Below are positions 23,901 to 34,319 of a DNA stretch of 64,000 bases, piece by piece. The first letter of the stretch is position 1; every line of letters begins with the position of its first letter. The position numbers and the translations under genes were made by a program. The notes under the pieces are model-generated. The model was not told the origin of the DNA. It did not search any database and was given only the letters and a program-made list of their open reading frames with translations. The DNA lies in assembly GCA_905178155.1 (NCBI GenBank), contig CAJINV010000019.1, positions 976,913 through 1,040,912 on the forward strand. Direction: 5' to 3'. The stretch comes from Amoebophrya sp. A120. Taxonomy: Eukaryota > Protista > Dinoflagellata.

Positions 23901-26900
23901 CTCGCGTTGGAGCCCCAGTAGCCCGCTTCTACTAGGGCGGCCAGTGTGGAGTCGCGCCCGCGGTGCGACACCTCATGAAGTTTGGCCGCAGCGGCAGCCA
24001 GCTCGTCATCATTTTCAAGCACAGTGAGCCACCCAGCTGGCTCCTTGAAGATTTCCACCCGAGACTCCACGCCGGAAAGAGCGGTCCCCGGCTTCAGGCG
24101 GTAGTCCTTGCCGTGCTTGCGCCACCAAACGCGCTTTTTCTTGGTCGGCAACGACAAGACGAGCGGCTGCTGGGCCCCCTCGCCCACTAGCACGCGGCGA
24201 ATTTCGTCCCACGAAACCGCGCGCGCCGCCCGTTTGGAGTCGCCATCGAGCGGCGGGGTGTCGGCGAGGCCGGACGCCACTTCAGGTCCCTCGGCGCCGT
24301 CGCTCGACTGCTCTTCACTGCCCCCTTGCGCGGAGAGCGGCGTCGCAACGGACGCCTCGTCGTCGCTCAGCAGGTTGACAACCTCCGAAAGAGGAACTGC
24401 TGCCTGTGCCGGGGGCGGGAGCGCAGAAGCGGGCGCACCCGCCGCTGCGTTCACACCCACAACAAGTGCCGCTTCCGCTCGACGCCGTTTGGTGGACGGG
24501 CTGTCACCACCAGCAGGCGCGAGAGGAGACCCAACTTCTGGGTCGGCAGGCTCTTTGCCGGGAGGGGGGCCCGGCGCACCCCCGGCTGGCGAAGGGCCGC
24601 CTGGCGGGGCGGGCGGTGCAGTTACGGTTTCCACAGAAGCCGCGTCGCCCCGTCGCCGCTTGGCGACCGGGCTTGCGCGCTCCTGGGAGGTGGCGTCCCG
24701 GGGCTCGCCCGGGTTCAGAAATTCCGCGGCCTGCGGAGATCCGGCCTGGCCTCCCGTTGGCGCAGCTGGCTCCGCAGGAGCCGGGCGAAGGTCAAACGCC
24801 CCGGCGGGCGCGAGCTCCCGGGGCCCCTGCGTGAAGTCGGGCAACGCAGGACCAGGAGAAACCGGGGAAGCCCATGCGTTTGCTGCCGCGGCGGCGGCGC
24901 TACTACTCCCAACAGCCGCCCCGAACGGCGGCAGCGGCTGCCCGAGAGCTGCAAAAATGGCTCTCTGCCCGGGGGTGAGGCCCCGGCGGGCGCGAAGGTA
25001 GGGCGCCACCTCGATCGCGCCCGCGGCCTGCGCCGAGCGCACCCGGCAGACAAACCCCCCCGCGCCGGGTTTTGGGTTTACGGTAATCGGGACGCGCCCG
25101 GCCTGCCCCCGCTGGCAGGCCGACACGTCGACGCCGTGCGTGTCCTCATACAATTGCCGGCGAACCTGCTCGGCGGCTTCCCCGGGTTTATCGGCAACCA
25201 CAAACCAAAACTGGAACTTTTGCGCGCTTGTCTCGGTAACCAATCGAGGCTCCCCGGCGCCGGAAGGAAATTCCGGGGGGGACGGCGCGGCAGCATGGTC
25301 TATGTCCACCATCACAAAAGTCCTGTCCGCCGCCAATGGCAGAAAGAACAGATGCGCGCCCTGCTGCTGCGCCTCCACCGCAAGACGCGGCAGGGCCGCC
25401 GCGATTTCCCCGCGCGGAACCTCGCGGCGGTAGCCCTGCCTGCCGGCAACCTTCACGGTGAAGGCAAACCCCGCCGCCTCTGGGAACGCCGTGAGAAGGT
25501 GCCCAGCGGCAACGCCTGCGCGCAGTCTGTGAATTTCGGCCCAGTCCCAGTTGCTGGTGTCGTGGGCGGGCGCCGGTGGGGCAGCCGGCGGCACCGGGGC
25601 CGGCGCAGCCGGAACGGCAGACGCCACAGGGGCACCGGGCTGCGCAGCGTCGCCGCTGCTGCTACCAACCGGGACCAGCGCTCCTCCCGACGCCTCATCC
25701 GGGAATGGAGTGGGTTCCGGTAGCTGCAGGCTAAATTGCGCCCGCAGTTTTTGTAACCAGCTGCTCTGGCGCTCCGACAAGGAGCGCAACCAGGGCGCCC
25801 GCACGAGGAAATCCCGCGCATAGCCCGCGCCACTAAGGGCATCTACGGTGACTGCCCAAGCAGCCTTTTCCCGCACGCGGGCGGCGAAGGCCTGCAGCCG
25901 CGCCGAGACGCCCGCGCCCGGGGCGGCAAACTCAACCCGCGCCCAGGCAGACCGCTCGGCATCCGAGAAGGACGCGTCCACGGCGATTGCGTGGGCGGTT
26001 GCCGAGGCCTGCAAGCCCTCCCACTTGCGCTGCATTTCTAGCAGCACCTTCGCCGTTGCCGGCGTGGCCGGCGGTGGGTTTTCCCCCTCCCACGTGCCCG
26101 GGCCTGCGCGGTCACCTAGAAAATTTTCTTCAAACTCGCTCATAAACGACGCGAGGGGGCTAGCAGCCCATTCCTGGAGGCGCTCTGCGACCTCCTGCTG
26201 GTCGATTTCCCCGCCCAACATAGCCATTTTCTGAAGATACTCCCCAATTAATACTTTTGCCAAATAAATATATTTTGTTGCCCCGCCCCGGATTCCTTAT
26301 ATAAATCTTTACTTTCCTGTAGGTGTGCTGCCCAGATAAATCGCCGCTTCTTTGAGCGAAAGTGTAGTTTTATCCTGTGCAAAAATGTCGCCGCCCCATA
26401 AACACAAAGCTCCCATCTTTATCCATTTTGCATGCCAACCATGCCCTGTGTGCGATCTTGTACACTAGCATCACAAAGTTAGCGCATCTCACTGATTCCC
26501 GCATCAGAAACTGCAAAACACGACGAGGGCATGCTCTTCACGGGGCCCCCCGGGCGAAACTCTGTTTTTATTGGATGGCAGATTTGCATGACAGGTTTGG
26601 GGGGTGACGTTTTTGCTCAGGATAAACACTATGGTTAGTGTCTTTGAGTCTTGGATACTGCCCGCGGCTCGAATACTGCTGCCCTGCACTGCTGCCGATA
26701 CTTATATAGCAATGCGACTAAACTGTTAATACTGCTTGTTCAAAAACAAAACCTGATCTACGATAGTGCTGCCGATGTTTACACTGCTTCAAACTGATTC
26801 AAATTGATATGCTTTGCTGTGAGCGATGTTTGCTTAGGGATGCGCTTGTGGAACGTGCTGGCACTGATTGGTGTAAAAAGATAAAGCTACTGCCTGGAGT

Positions 26901-28560
26901 TAGAAGTCTGCTGACTACTGATTTGCTGCTCGATGTGTGCTACGCTTGGGACCTGACTGCGCATTTTACTCCGCCAGAAGCATGTCGACAATAGCTAGCG
27001 CGCGCGCGCGCGTTCGAGGGCGATGTGACCGAAGGGCCGCACATAGGGCAGTGAAGTCCTGCAGGCAGGGCGATGGAAGATGTACAAGGACCGAACTGCA
27101 GCGCACTCTGGCTGCTGCTCACACGGAGACTCGCTCTCTATGGCCACTCTGTTTCTGCTAGCAGTCCGTTGGAATGCAGATGACCGAGCGACTGCCGACT
27201 GTATATAGTTGTAGTGCGGCGCGTAGTGCGTCGTAGCGCGACCGCGGCCACCCGGAACGAAGCGGGGCTAGAGCGAAACCATACAAAACGACGGCGCGGA
27301 GGCATTGTAGGTCCCTTCGCGTCCGGGGGCCCCGGGAAGTCCTGGGGGCCCCGTACCGGACGGTAGAACCAGTACCGCAAGGGTCCGCCGGGAAAACAGC
27401 GGACCAGAAAACACAACAAATTTGTATGAGAAAGCGACTTATAGGCAAGGTTTCTTCTAGGACAATTAGGGGCAGGCCCCTTCGTGTCCCGACATACAAA
27501 TATAATCTGGGGGGTCTCAGGAATACTGGTTCACTTGTTCAAAAAGTGAAGCAAGTAGTACAGTAGCATGAAGATGAAGATGCACTTGCACATGCACGAC
27601 TAGTCCGCCTTCTACAAAACTACCCCAAGTACTAGCACTGCCAGACGTCGTAGCATAATTCATATATAATAATTGCAGGGTCTACCTCTACAGTAAATAT
27701 TTTTATCGACAAAAATCTATTCACACCGTTTTCAAAGCACAGCTCCACGGTTGCCGGGTCCCCAGCGGTATGCATTGCAAAAGTATCGTACTAGGATAAA
27801 TCGCATGACAAATTTGCTCAGCATGAGAAATGAAAGTTGTCATGCTGTTTTACCTTGGAAAGGAGATTTGTAATGCATGATTGCAATTACTACGAGTACA
27901 ATACTTTTGCACAGGATAATCGGCGCACGCGTCCACGAGTCTGTCGTTCCAAAACGTGGTCGGTGAAGGGTTGTAGTCGGAGAGCTATCAAGTGCAAATA
28001 TGTCTGGGTCTGGAAACTTGTGATGCCAATGTCCGAATGATACGCAACCTGTATCAGGGGGTCGCGCATGACAAGTTTCTGAGCGGCTATCTATGTGTAG
28101 CGTGAACCGCATGACAAATGGCCTTTTTGCGTGACAAGCAAGTGGCACTGTAGCGCGCCAAGCATGACAGACTTTTCTGTCTTGTCGCCCAAGCATCACA
28201 AACTTGCTTTCTTCCAGACCCGAACATATTTGCGCTGGATAAGAGCGCGATGTTCACAATGTACGGAAACTTTGCTGCACAATAGGACTCTTCGCGGGAC
28301 CGGCCAAGCAGGGCGTACGGGACATAATATGCAATGCAAAAGTATCGCAGTAGTATGAATTGCATTACAAACTCCCCCAGCACTACAAACTAAATTTGTA
28401 ATGCGGATTTACCTTGAGAAAGAGTTTTGTGATGCATAAATGCAATTACTACGAGTACGATACTTTATTTGCAGAGGGTACATAAACCGGGATCGCGATT
28501 TCGAAATTCTCGACTGTGACGTATGGAAGGGGACGAGTGGAGGATTTTCAGAGTCACCAT
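17922..28560 (-). CDS. Ankyrin-repeat protein, split by 3 introners and a 9.1 kb transposon-containing intron (18639-27726)
   Basis: The splice product reads RLVDACAAGDPATVELCFENG|AAINHQDCKGWTPLHAATLG, then VLDLLLQRKPSLHIRTLRGELAVDLA. Phase-1 GT (27726) and AG (18639) match. Confidence 0.75.
21938..26263 (-). CDS. 1441-aa polyprotein: RepB'-like (AEP) primase domain + HHCC zinc finger + DDE retroviral-type integrase + GPY/F-like C-terminal module
   Basis: Primase motifs FVMVDID, PRLVTETSAQKFQFW and GRVPITVNPKP (~25030-25400). Zinc finger LHEVSHRG...CRVC (~23860-23980). Integrase VHID, VCDNGTEW, PQGNGAME, then W.DLLP.AVFRYNT and FPIGTRVKVR. First ATG at 26227. Confidence 0.88.
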   Translation of the reverse strand: MAKVLIGEYLQKMAMLGGEIDQQEVAERLQEWAASPLASFMSEFEENFLGDRAGPGTWEGENPPPATPATAKVLLEMQRKWEGLQASATAHAIAVDASFSDAERSAWARVEFAAPGAGVSARLQAFAARVREKAAWAVTVDALSGAGYARDFLVRAPWLRSLSERQSSWLQKLRAQFSLQLPEPTPFPDEASGGALVPVGSSSGDAAQPGAPVASAVPAAPAPVPPAAPPAPAHDTSNWDWAEIHRLRAGVAAGHLLTAFPEAAGFAFTVKVAGRQGYRREVPRGEIAAALPRLAVEAQQQGAHLFFLPLAADRTFVMVDIDHAAAPSPPEFPSGAGEPRLVTETSAQKFQFWFVVADKPGEAAEQVRRQLYEDTHGVDVSACQRGQAGRVPITVNPKPGAGGFVCRVRSAQAAGAIEVAPYLRARRGLTPGQRAIFAALGQPLPPFGAAVGSSSAAAAAANAWASPVSPGPALPDFTQGPRELAPAGAFDLRPAPAEPAAPTGGQAGSPQAAEFLNPGEPRDATSQERASPVAKRRRGDAASVETVTAPPAPPGGPSPAGGAPGPPPGKEPADPEVGSPLAPAGGDSPSTKRRRAEAALVVGVNAAAGAPASALPPPAQAAVPLSEVVNLLSDDEASVATPLSAQGGSEEQSSDGAEGPEVASGLADTPPLDGDSKRAARAVSWDEIRRVLVGEGAQQPLVLSLPTKKKRVWWRKHGKDYRLKPGTALSGVESRVEIFKEPAGWLTVLENDDELAAAAAKLHEVSHRGRDSTLAALVEAGYWGSNASRICADVVARCRVCAARAVVKAPVPPYSAAALTAEHSALSGKVYRKVHIDRKIMPRCRVAPTATNPAPGQAVAICGAVCAVGGELWAAAAADHSAACTLLAYSPLESSWGLPEHVVCDNGTEWGLLLSEWGCSVSFTEPGRPQGNGAMEVVWVSLSKILAALALEHPGQSWADLLPRAVFRYNTAPKPWKHGQSPWTFVRGCAPHTRQARAVAEALALPPPPSPGPPAAAAAEAAPPAAGAPVAPAGPPAAVAPAPSSPPLVASPAAPPAVPPRSAALAALRDVANERAMAEAERRVNRYTQARGGTVVDRLRLFPIGTRVKVRNPRAGNLRAVAGQRVQEANWLLGFRVAAIDGTTLVVESTPSQGQKRQRLRRSVASVELDRGASPDRVGLPSDVGPAIAAPAPAVSSPPVVPTPLGPAATSPSPAVPEAQPASAGAGEAAHPRGGGLERFPTGGFRFGNFPDPLPLAAPVALVALPNLATKRAQPRRDFHVEGILLQCKALSRGHRLLLYAYGQALAITVYPWAGANVEDRPPPGPLFGNLLREAAGRGGGYGVYLQLTGVGVRLRQGATYGTFSGATCLLGGMFRWGKRGDRAGPDLREIPEPLRDRARLLLEVAEKAAEAAQASDLGSVTTCVSRVPLPASLPGYDDQL
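26371..26624. mobile_element. Family-B-like introner inside the integrase element, with no direct repeat
   Basis: TIR TATCCTGTGCAAAAATGTC / GACGTTTTTGCTCAGGATA; GCATNACA motifs; flanks AGTTT/AACAC. Confidence 0.75.
27769..27918. mobile_element. Introner family C
   Basis: TIR; DR AGCGG/ATCGG. Confidence 0.8.
27986..28241. mobile_element. Introner family A
   Basis: TIR; DR AGAGC. Confidence 0.85.
28328..28480. mobile_element. Introner family C
   Basis: TIR; DR CATAA. Confidence 0.8.
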
Positions 28561-29017
28561 TTTTTTTGGGGGATTTGTCCCTGCTTCATCTTCCCGCTAG
28601 AGAAGCTAAATCATTTCAAGCAAGAACGTCAATGCCAAATATTTGAAATTGGACTATTTATTTGCAATTAAGTATGCAGTCCATTCTTGCGACAGCATGC
28701 GTTGTCGCGTTCAGGACTCAGGGCGAGAACATCCTCAACATGCAAGTAGGATCACGATCAGCGAAACAATATTACAAGGTTCAAGGCCTGTTGTATTTTA
28801 TTATTTCGACTCAGACACCCCGCGCGTGACAACTTTCATACCCCATCGCGCAAGCAATCTCGATACGGTCGACCGGTCATCAGCTCGACCAGTTGGACTT
28901 TAGCTGGTTTTATTTTGTTGATATTGTCATTGTGGTTGGTTTTTGCTTCTGCATAAAATCCAACACCAACTACGTTGCAAGAATGAAAAACAAAGAACGA
29001 CACGACAGAGCGATTTG

Positions 29018-30401
29018 TCAACTACTGTAAGTACTTGGATGCGCGTAGCCCTCCTTGTCGTTGAAGGGGCGCACGTCGTTTTTAATCGCCATCTGGTGCA
29101 CATCTTCTATCTCGAGGGTCAGAAACTCCCCGAGAAATATCCTTTTTTCCACGGCGCCCGTCGCTAACGCCAGGGAGTCAATGGAGGAGTTTGTTGATGT
29201 GATCGAGGTCCTGGTTATGGTGGATTGCTGCTCCATATTTGACTGCTGTGTCGTTGCATTCGGTGCAGCATGCACCGCAAATGTGTCTGGGTCTGGATTT
29301 TGTAGTGCGGGACTTCAAGGACAACATCACTATGTATCTCTATCAACAAGACCTAATTTGCATGAATACGTCGATTGGGCAATTTTTCTGTCGTGCTGAA
29401 TACGCTTGAATCCGCAAAAAGCTCCTCAGGGGAATTCCTCATGCTGTTACGCCGTACAAGCAGCCAGTCTGCAATGTATCAGAAACACGACAATTTTCTG
29501 GAGGACCCAGACATATTTGCAGTTGATACGCAGTTGAACCGGCGGTCTGTGGAGGTAGTTTATTTCTCAGAAGTTGCTACAGCGACGTGTAGTTGTGCAA
29601 GTTAGTTATAAAAATGCGAGTCATGCCTACAACGTTGTCATGCACAAACAGAATAAAGCAAGCAGTTACAATACCTGAAACGACTCGTGGACGACGCATT
29701 TCCCCATCAGGATGTCACTCCAAATGGCGTTGTCTTTTCCCACTTTGAGAAACGCGCTGACGCTGGTATCCTGTGTGTCAAATCTACTTGCTCCGACATG
29801 AGTTTAGCGTGCTGACATGATGACAAGCTGGAATAAAACATACATCTTCGTATTGGCTGTGGCACGACCTAGTAATCGAAATGAAGTCTACTTCTCTTTG
29901 CAAATCTTAACACTACATTCTTTTTTCAGGCGCCACTTGCCTGAATGAAAAAACTTAGCTGCGCCAAACAAATAAGTATCACAGCTGCAGTTGGTCTTCT
30001 TCTTGATTTTCGTGTCAGTTGAATAAATGATTTATTCAGCTATCCGATTTAAGCGCATGATGAGCAAGGGGTTGTCACACAGGATACTTTGCCTTTTTGG
30101 TCCAGAAAAAGACGCAAACGTTTTCCCGGTTGTCTGGATACCGCTTATCCGTCCGGTTTACCAAGTCTGCAAACCCGCGCCATACCTGCAGCTTGGACTC
30201 CCTGTGCACTACAGTGTTCTGCTCTACGTCCTCGTCGTAAAGCCTCCTGTACTCGATCGGCTCCTTGCCCCACATGTCCTGCGTCCGCGCCCGGCGGTCG
30301 AAGAGCTCCGACAAGGTCGGGGCCTCCCGCGTCGTCCCAATTTTTTTCGCGGCCCCCAGCATCGTCGCGCCCGCGCGCTTCGGGTCGGCGGTTACCGTCA
30401 T
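29018..30401 (-). CDS. Hypothetical multi-exon protein; exon linkage and 3' end uncertain
   Basis: ORF 30075-30401 starts with ATG, and ORF 29018-29268 adjoins an introner at 29269-29528. Confidence 0.35.
29269..29528. mobile_element. Introner family A (diverged)
   Basis: GTCTGGGTCTGG / CCCAGAC ends; DR TGCAG/CGCAG. Confidence 0.7.
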
Positions 30402-32396
30402 GAGTCACTGTTATATTAATGCCCTGTCTTAACAAAAGAAGAAGAACCTAGCTGTTATTATTTCAATTATTAGTGTTGTTCGCTCAAATGAAAAATCTTG
30501 AAGCCACGCCATCTCCTTTACTTCGACGCTTGTGGATTGTGTATACCGTTTGTCAAATAATATCAGTAGCCACTTTCTCCTCAACAAAGGTACTACCCCC
30601 ATTGATTGTGGTCCTCACAGAGGTCAAATGAAAAACGCTTCGTGATCTTCTCCCGATCCATAGACAGAGCAAGTACAAGGCGAAAAGTGAAAACCGAACG
30701 ATTGAAAAGTACGCTAACTTGCTTCCCCCACATCTGCAATCGTCGATGAAACAGAATCAATCGATCCACCCAGTGCGAATGAAACTGATGAAGCACGAAC
30801 GGACGATCCGCGGAATCTGCAGCTTTGTGGAGGTCCCCAACGAAACTACTGTGTCTGAGTCTGAACATGCACATGGGCTATCACATCCACGCACAATAAA
30901 CTCGTCGTGGGTCTAAAAATTAGTTGTAAACCGAGCGCGTACAGGTACAACGACACCGAGATTAGTACTTAGACCACAAGAAAGAGAAAAACGATCAGGA
31001 GGGGCCACTGCCCAGTGATTTGACAGCAGCAGCGCATGCTCTAGTAACTACAGAACTCAGCCAGGGGGCAATCTTGATAGATGATGATGTTGCCGCTGAG
31101 CGCTTCCGAAGATTCGTACATTCCATCTCTACATCATACATCATCATCATGTTATAGTAGTGCTTGTCCTGTGAAAGTTTCTGCCGTTCTGTTCATTCTC
31201 TTCCATTTTTTCTTGGACGTGCACACGAGCCTGGTGCTTCCCACATTTCGGTGTCATTCTACAGTCCAGGTTTGATCCTGGATGCGATAGAAAGCCACCC
31301 CTTGCCGTACTTCACTTCTCTTCCACTTGGCTTTTTTTTTCTTGCTCTTCCACCAACATTATACAAAAAAAATAACTGAAATACTAATTCGTTTTTGTGG
31401 AGCAACAAATAACATACGCTTCGCGTTACGGTCTCATAGCTTTCCGTTCTTCTTCTTTATCTTTTGGTTTTGCCTGCTTCGTTGAAAAAAATACATTCAG
31501 ATTCATTGCGCAGCTTGTTGATGAGACTAAGGGCGGCCGCTGCATGGAACGGAGTGCAACGGAGATTGTGGGGCGGAATGCTTGCGTGTTGGTAGCACCC
31601 ACAACATCCGATATTATGTCCTATGCAAAAACGACCTGCTTCGTCTCCTTCTTCAGAGCGTCCAACCGACCCTAAGTTGTAGTCAGATTCCGAAGATTTC
31701 TTCATCTTGTTTTTGTAGTTTCTCGTGCTAACAAACCTTTTACATTCATTTTCGAATGACAATAATCTTAATTGAAGGTTAAATATATGAAAGTTGATTT
31801 CGTTTGATCCCCAATGTAGGCTTAGTTGTAAGCTCCTGACGAAGTAATAAATCTCTGCACTGCAAATGCTTTCTGCTCAGCGCCATAGTTGGATTAAGTC
31901 ATCCAAGGTGATGAATGTACTTATTCTGTTGCTGTTCGGCGCTGTCGCAGTAAAATGTCCTTGAATCTTCTTGATCATTTTTACATCAGTGCCTGGATTG
32001 GAATTATATCCCAAGAAGTAGTTGATTGAAAGGATATCGCTGCTCAAGACATGCTCCTTTTCTAGTTTTACATCATGCTTCTTCTCTTTACTTTTTTTTC
32101 TTGTACTTGTTTTAATCATAGTCTTACTCAAGTGCGTTCAATACAATTTCCCCCGTGATGAATCAAGTGCATCGGCTGGGTCCTAGTAATTTATCATTCT
32201 CGTTGGGATGACAGTGAAAAGGGGCGGCTTTGTTCGAAAGTATGATGTGCTTCGCCTCTGTGTATGCTTGTCGTGCCAAGCTAGATGAAGTAAATCTCTA
32301 CATTGCAGAGAAACGCTTTGGGAAATTGAAATCCTACATCTCTTATTCTTTTCTCCTGTTTCAAGAAGGATGATCATACTTACATTTACTACCGAT

Positions 32397-33245
32397 TCAT
32401 CGCGGCCCACCACTTCTAGTTCTCATCGAATCCACCGAGCTCGCGGACGCGGAGCGCGCGCGCGCATGATGATCAGTCGCGTGACGACTTCGAGACCTTC
32501 CTCGACGACCCGGGCCTCTGGACTGCCTCCGGCTACGACCAAGAACCTCTTCTTGCGATGCTCCCATCCCCGCCTGGAACCGCTCTTCGGTAGGACAGCG
32601 CAACGACTGAACGAAATTCCGAATCCTATCTTCCTCTGCTTCAGACAGCGGGCCAAGGTGATCCACCCTGCTGCTGCGGCTGCTGCTGCTCCCCGTTAAT
32701 ATTTCACCAGGTTCTACCGGTTGTAGTAATACCAAGGATTCTCTGTAGCGTCGAAACACCCTCGCGTAGTACGGCCTGGAGCTCCGTTCAGCGCGCGTTT
32801 GCCGCTCGACGCCCGCTTCTGCCTGTGCCACGCCAGAAGGGTCCACTGCACGCAGCGCCTCCACGGTTTTCTCCACGTCAAGCAAGGACAGCCCGTTTTC
32901 GTCCGTTAGCGTCCAGCGCACAACGAAAAGCGCTTGGAGTATCGTCGCGACTCTTCTGTGGAGTTGGTCCACTTTCGTTTCGCAAGTCATAGTGCTGGGC
33001 GCCCTCTCCGGGTTGTGCTTCTTCGCATAGCTGCCGAACATATCGCTCAAAATCTTAGCTATCTTGCTGCGCTGCGGATGCGGAGTCTCGGCGGTAGAGG
33101 CTGGCGCAGCAGCGGTCGTGGTTCTGCCGGTCTCGCTCTCGAGGAACTGCAGGCTTTTCATAAATTGGCGATGAAACTTCACCGACAAATCCGCCAGCTC
33201 CTTGTTTGCTTTCCCTCTTTGGCCAAACAAATCAAGATATCGCAC
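32397..33245 (-). CDS. Hypothetical protein exon, possibly continuous with 33465-34319
   Basis: 282-aa ORF with protein-like composition, on the same strand as neighbouring genes. Confidence 0.45.
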   Translation of the reverse strand: MRYLDLFGQRGKANKELADLSVKFHRQFMKSLQFLESETGRTTTAAAPASTAETPHPQRSKIAKILSDMFGSYAKKHNPERAPSTMTCETKVDQLHRRVATILQALFVVRWTLTDENGLSLLDVEKTVEALRAVDPSGVAQAEAGVERQTRAERSSRPYYARVFRRYRESLVLLQPVEPGEILTGSSSSRSSRVDHLGPLSEAEEDRIRNFVQSLRCPTEERFQAGMGASQEEVLGRSRRQSRGPGRRGRSRSRHATDHHARARSASASSVDSMRTRSGGPR

Positions 33246-33464
33246 AGAAAAGTCTACACATAAAATGCTACGACCTCGGGTCCACGCAGAGGTCGAAACC
33301 GGTCCTGGCGCTATCGAATCAAAAATGCAGCAATTGTAGTTCTTCCTATGCCATCAGTTTGGCAATGTGTTTATGTTCTTTCCATGAAAAGTACGAAGTA
33401 GACAGAACTCGCGGCCTGCTTGAAAAATCATGCCAAAAACGCCTCGCTTCCACTGTGCGACCAA

Positions 33465-34319
33465 CTAGCAGCATTCTTTGCGAAGAAGCTTTCTGTGCCA
33501 TACAACGCGGCCGAGTGGATATCTCTCTACAATCGCGTCTAGATCCGCCTCCCGGTCCGCCAAATAGTGCAGCAGATTGCGAACTGCCTGCGTAAAGTCC
33601 TTGAATTTTTGTTCTTCTTGGATGCGAACATGTACATGGCCCTCTCCAGTGCGAGAATGCTCTGACTGTGTTTGCCTGGCGTACTGGCCCACGGCTGCCG
33701 CCGATGATACAGCGTCGAACGAGGTGCCCAGGGTTCGATCCCCCGCTCGTCCCGCTTCTATTAAGTCGCTGAAGTCACCAGGTTCGGCGCACTTCTCTAG
33801 CTGCACTTTCGCCGCCACAATCTTTCCCCGCAAACGTGCGACCTCGGCGCTCCGGGGCCCGCTGCAGCAACTCCGGAGCTGCTCCTGCTGCTGCAGCTCA
33901 TTCTTCTGTTCGCGCAGCGCCAGAGCTGCCGCCTTGCAGTCCTCCAAAGTGGACCGCGGCATTATCTTGCCACCGTAACTTTTCAACATGTAGCGCAAGG
34001 CCGCATCGGCGTGAGTAGCAGACTCCGCGACGGCTGTGTTTCCCAAAGCTTGGAAGTCCATGAAGAACTGACTCGGGGTGCATTTCGAGCGGTAGGGCTT
34101 GGCTGCACGGCGCGCAAGAATCTCTGCCATGGATTTCAAACGAGTCAAGCGTAACCCCCGGTCGTGCACCGCAGTGCCCACACTTAGGTAAGAAAACGCA
34201 AAACCGGTAGGCGCATCGATGTCGGTTTTCGTGCCGCCCTTCGCCAAAGCTACCAAAAACTTCTTTTGTATAGAGGTCACTTCTCTTGCTGGTGCCAGTA
34301 CGCTCCGGCTGGAAACCAC
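33465..34319 (-). CDS. Hypothetical protein exon with a coiled-coil segment
   Basis: 284-aa ORF; no recognisable family motif. Confidence 0.5.
   Translation of the reverse strand: MVSSRSVLAPAREVTSIQKKFLVALAKGGTKTDIDAPTGFAFSYLSVGTAVHDRGLRLTRLKSMAEILARRAAKPYRSKCTPSQFFMDFQALGNTAVAESATHADAALRYMLKSYGGKIMPRSTLEDCKAAALALREQKNELQQQEQLRSCCSGPRSAEVARLRGKIVAAKVQLEKCAEPGDFSDLIEAGRAGDRTLGTSFDAVSSAAAVGQYARQTQSEHSRTGEGHVHVRIQEEQKFKDFTQAVRNLLHYLADREADLDAIVERYPLGRVVWHRKLLRKECC

Larger units (their letters stand above)
18674..27545 (-). mobile_element. ~8.9 kb GC-rich integrase-encoding mobile element; boundaries tentative
   Basis: Lies wholly inside the ankyrin gene intron, shows a GC shift and carries an integrase ORF. 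Candidate 8-bp target duplication GTGAAGCA at 18666-18673 and 27546-27553. Confidence 0.65.

Noticed and set aside
21884-26234. Long plus-strand and alternate-frame ORFs overlapping the polyprotein (e.g. 24326-25723, 22799-23935)
   Set aside because: GC-rich shadow ORFs with Arg/Gly/Pro-biased sequence and no motifs.
26219-26236. CATAGCCATTTTCTGAAG resembling the dinoflagellate spliced leader
   Set aside because: Only a partial match, antisense to the ORF and explained by its Lys-Met-Ala-Met codons.
18674-27545. LTR retrotransposon interpretation
   Set aside because: No RT (YxDD), RNase H, protease or gag motifs and no clear LTR pair. The ~60-bp resemblance between ~18680-18760 and ~27378-27435 is too weak to call.
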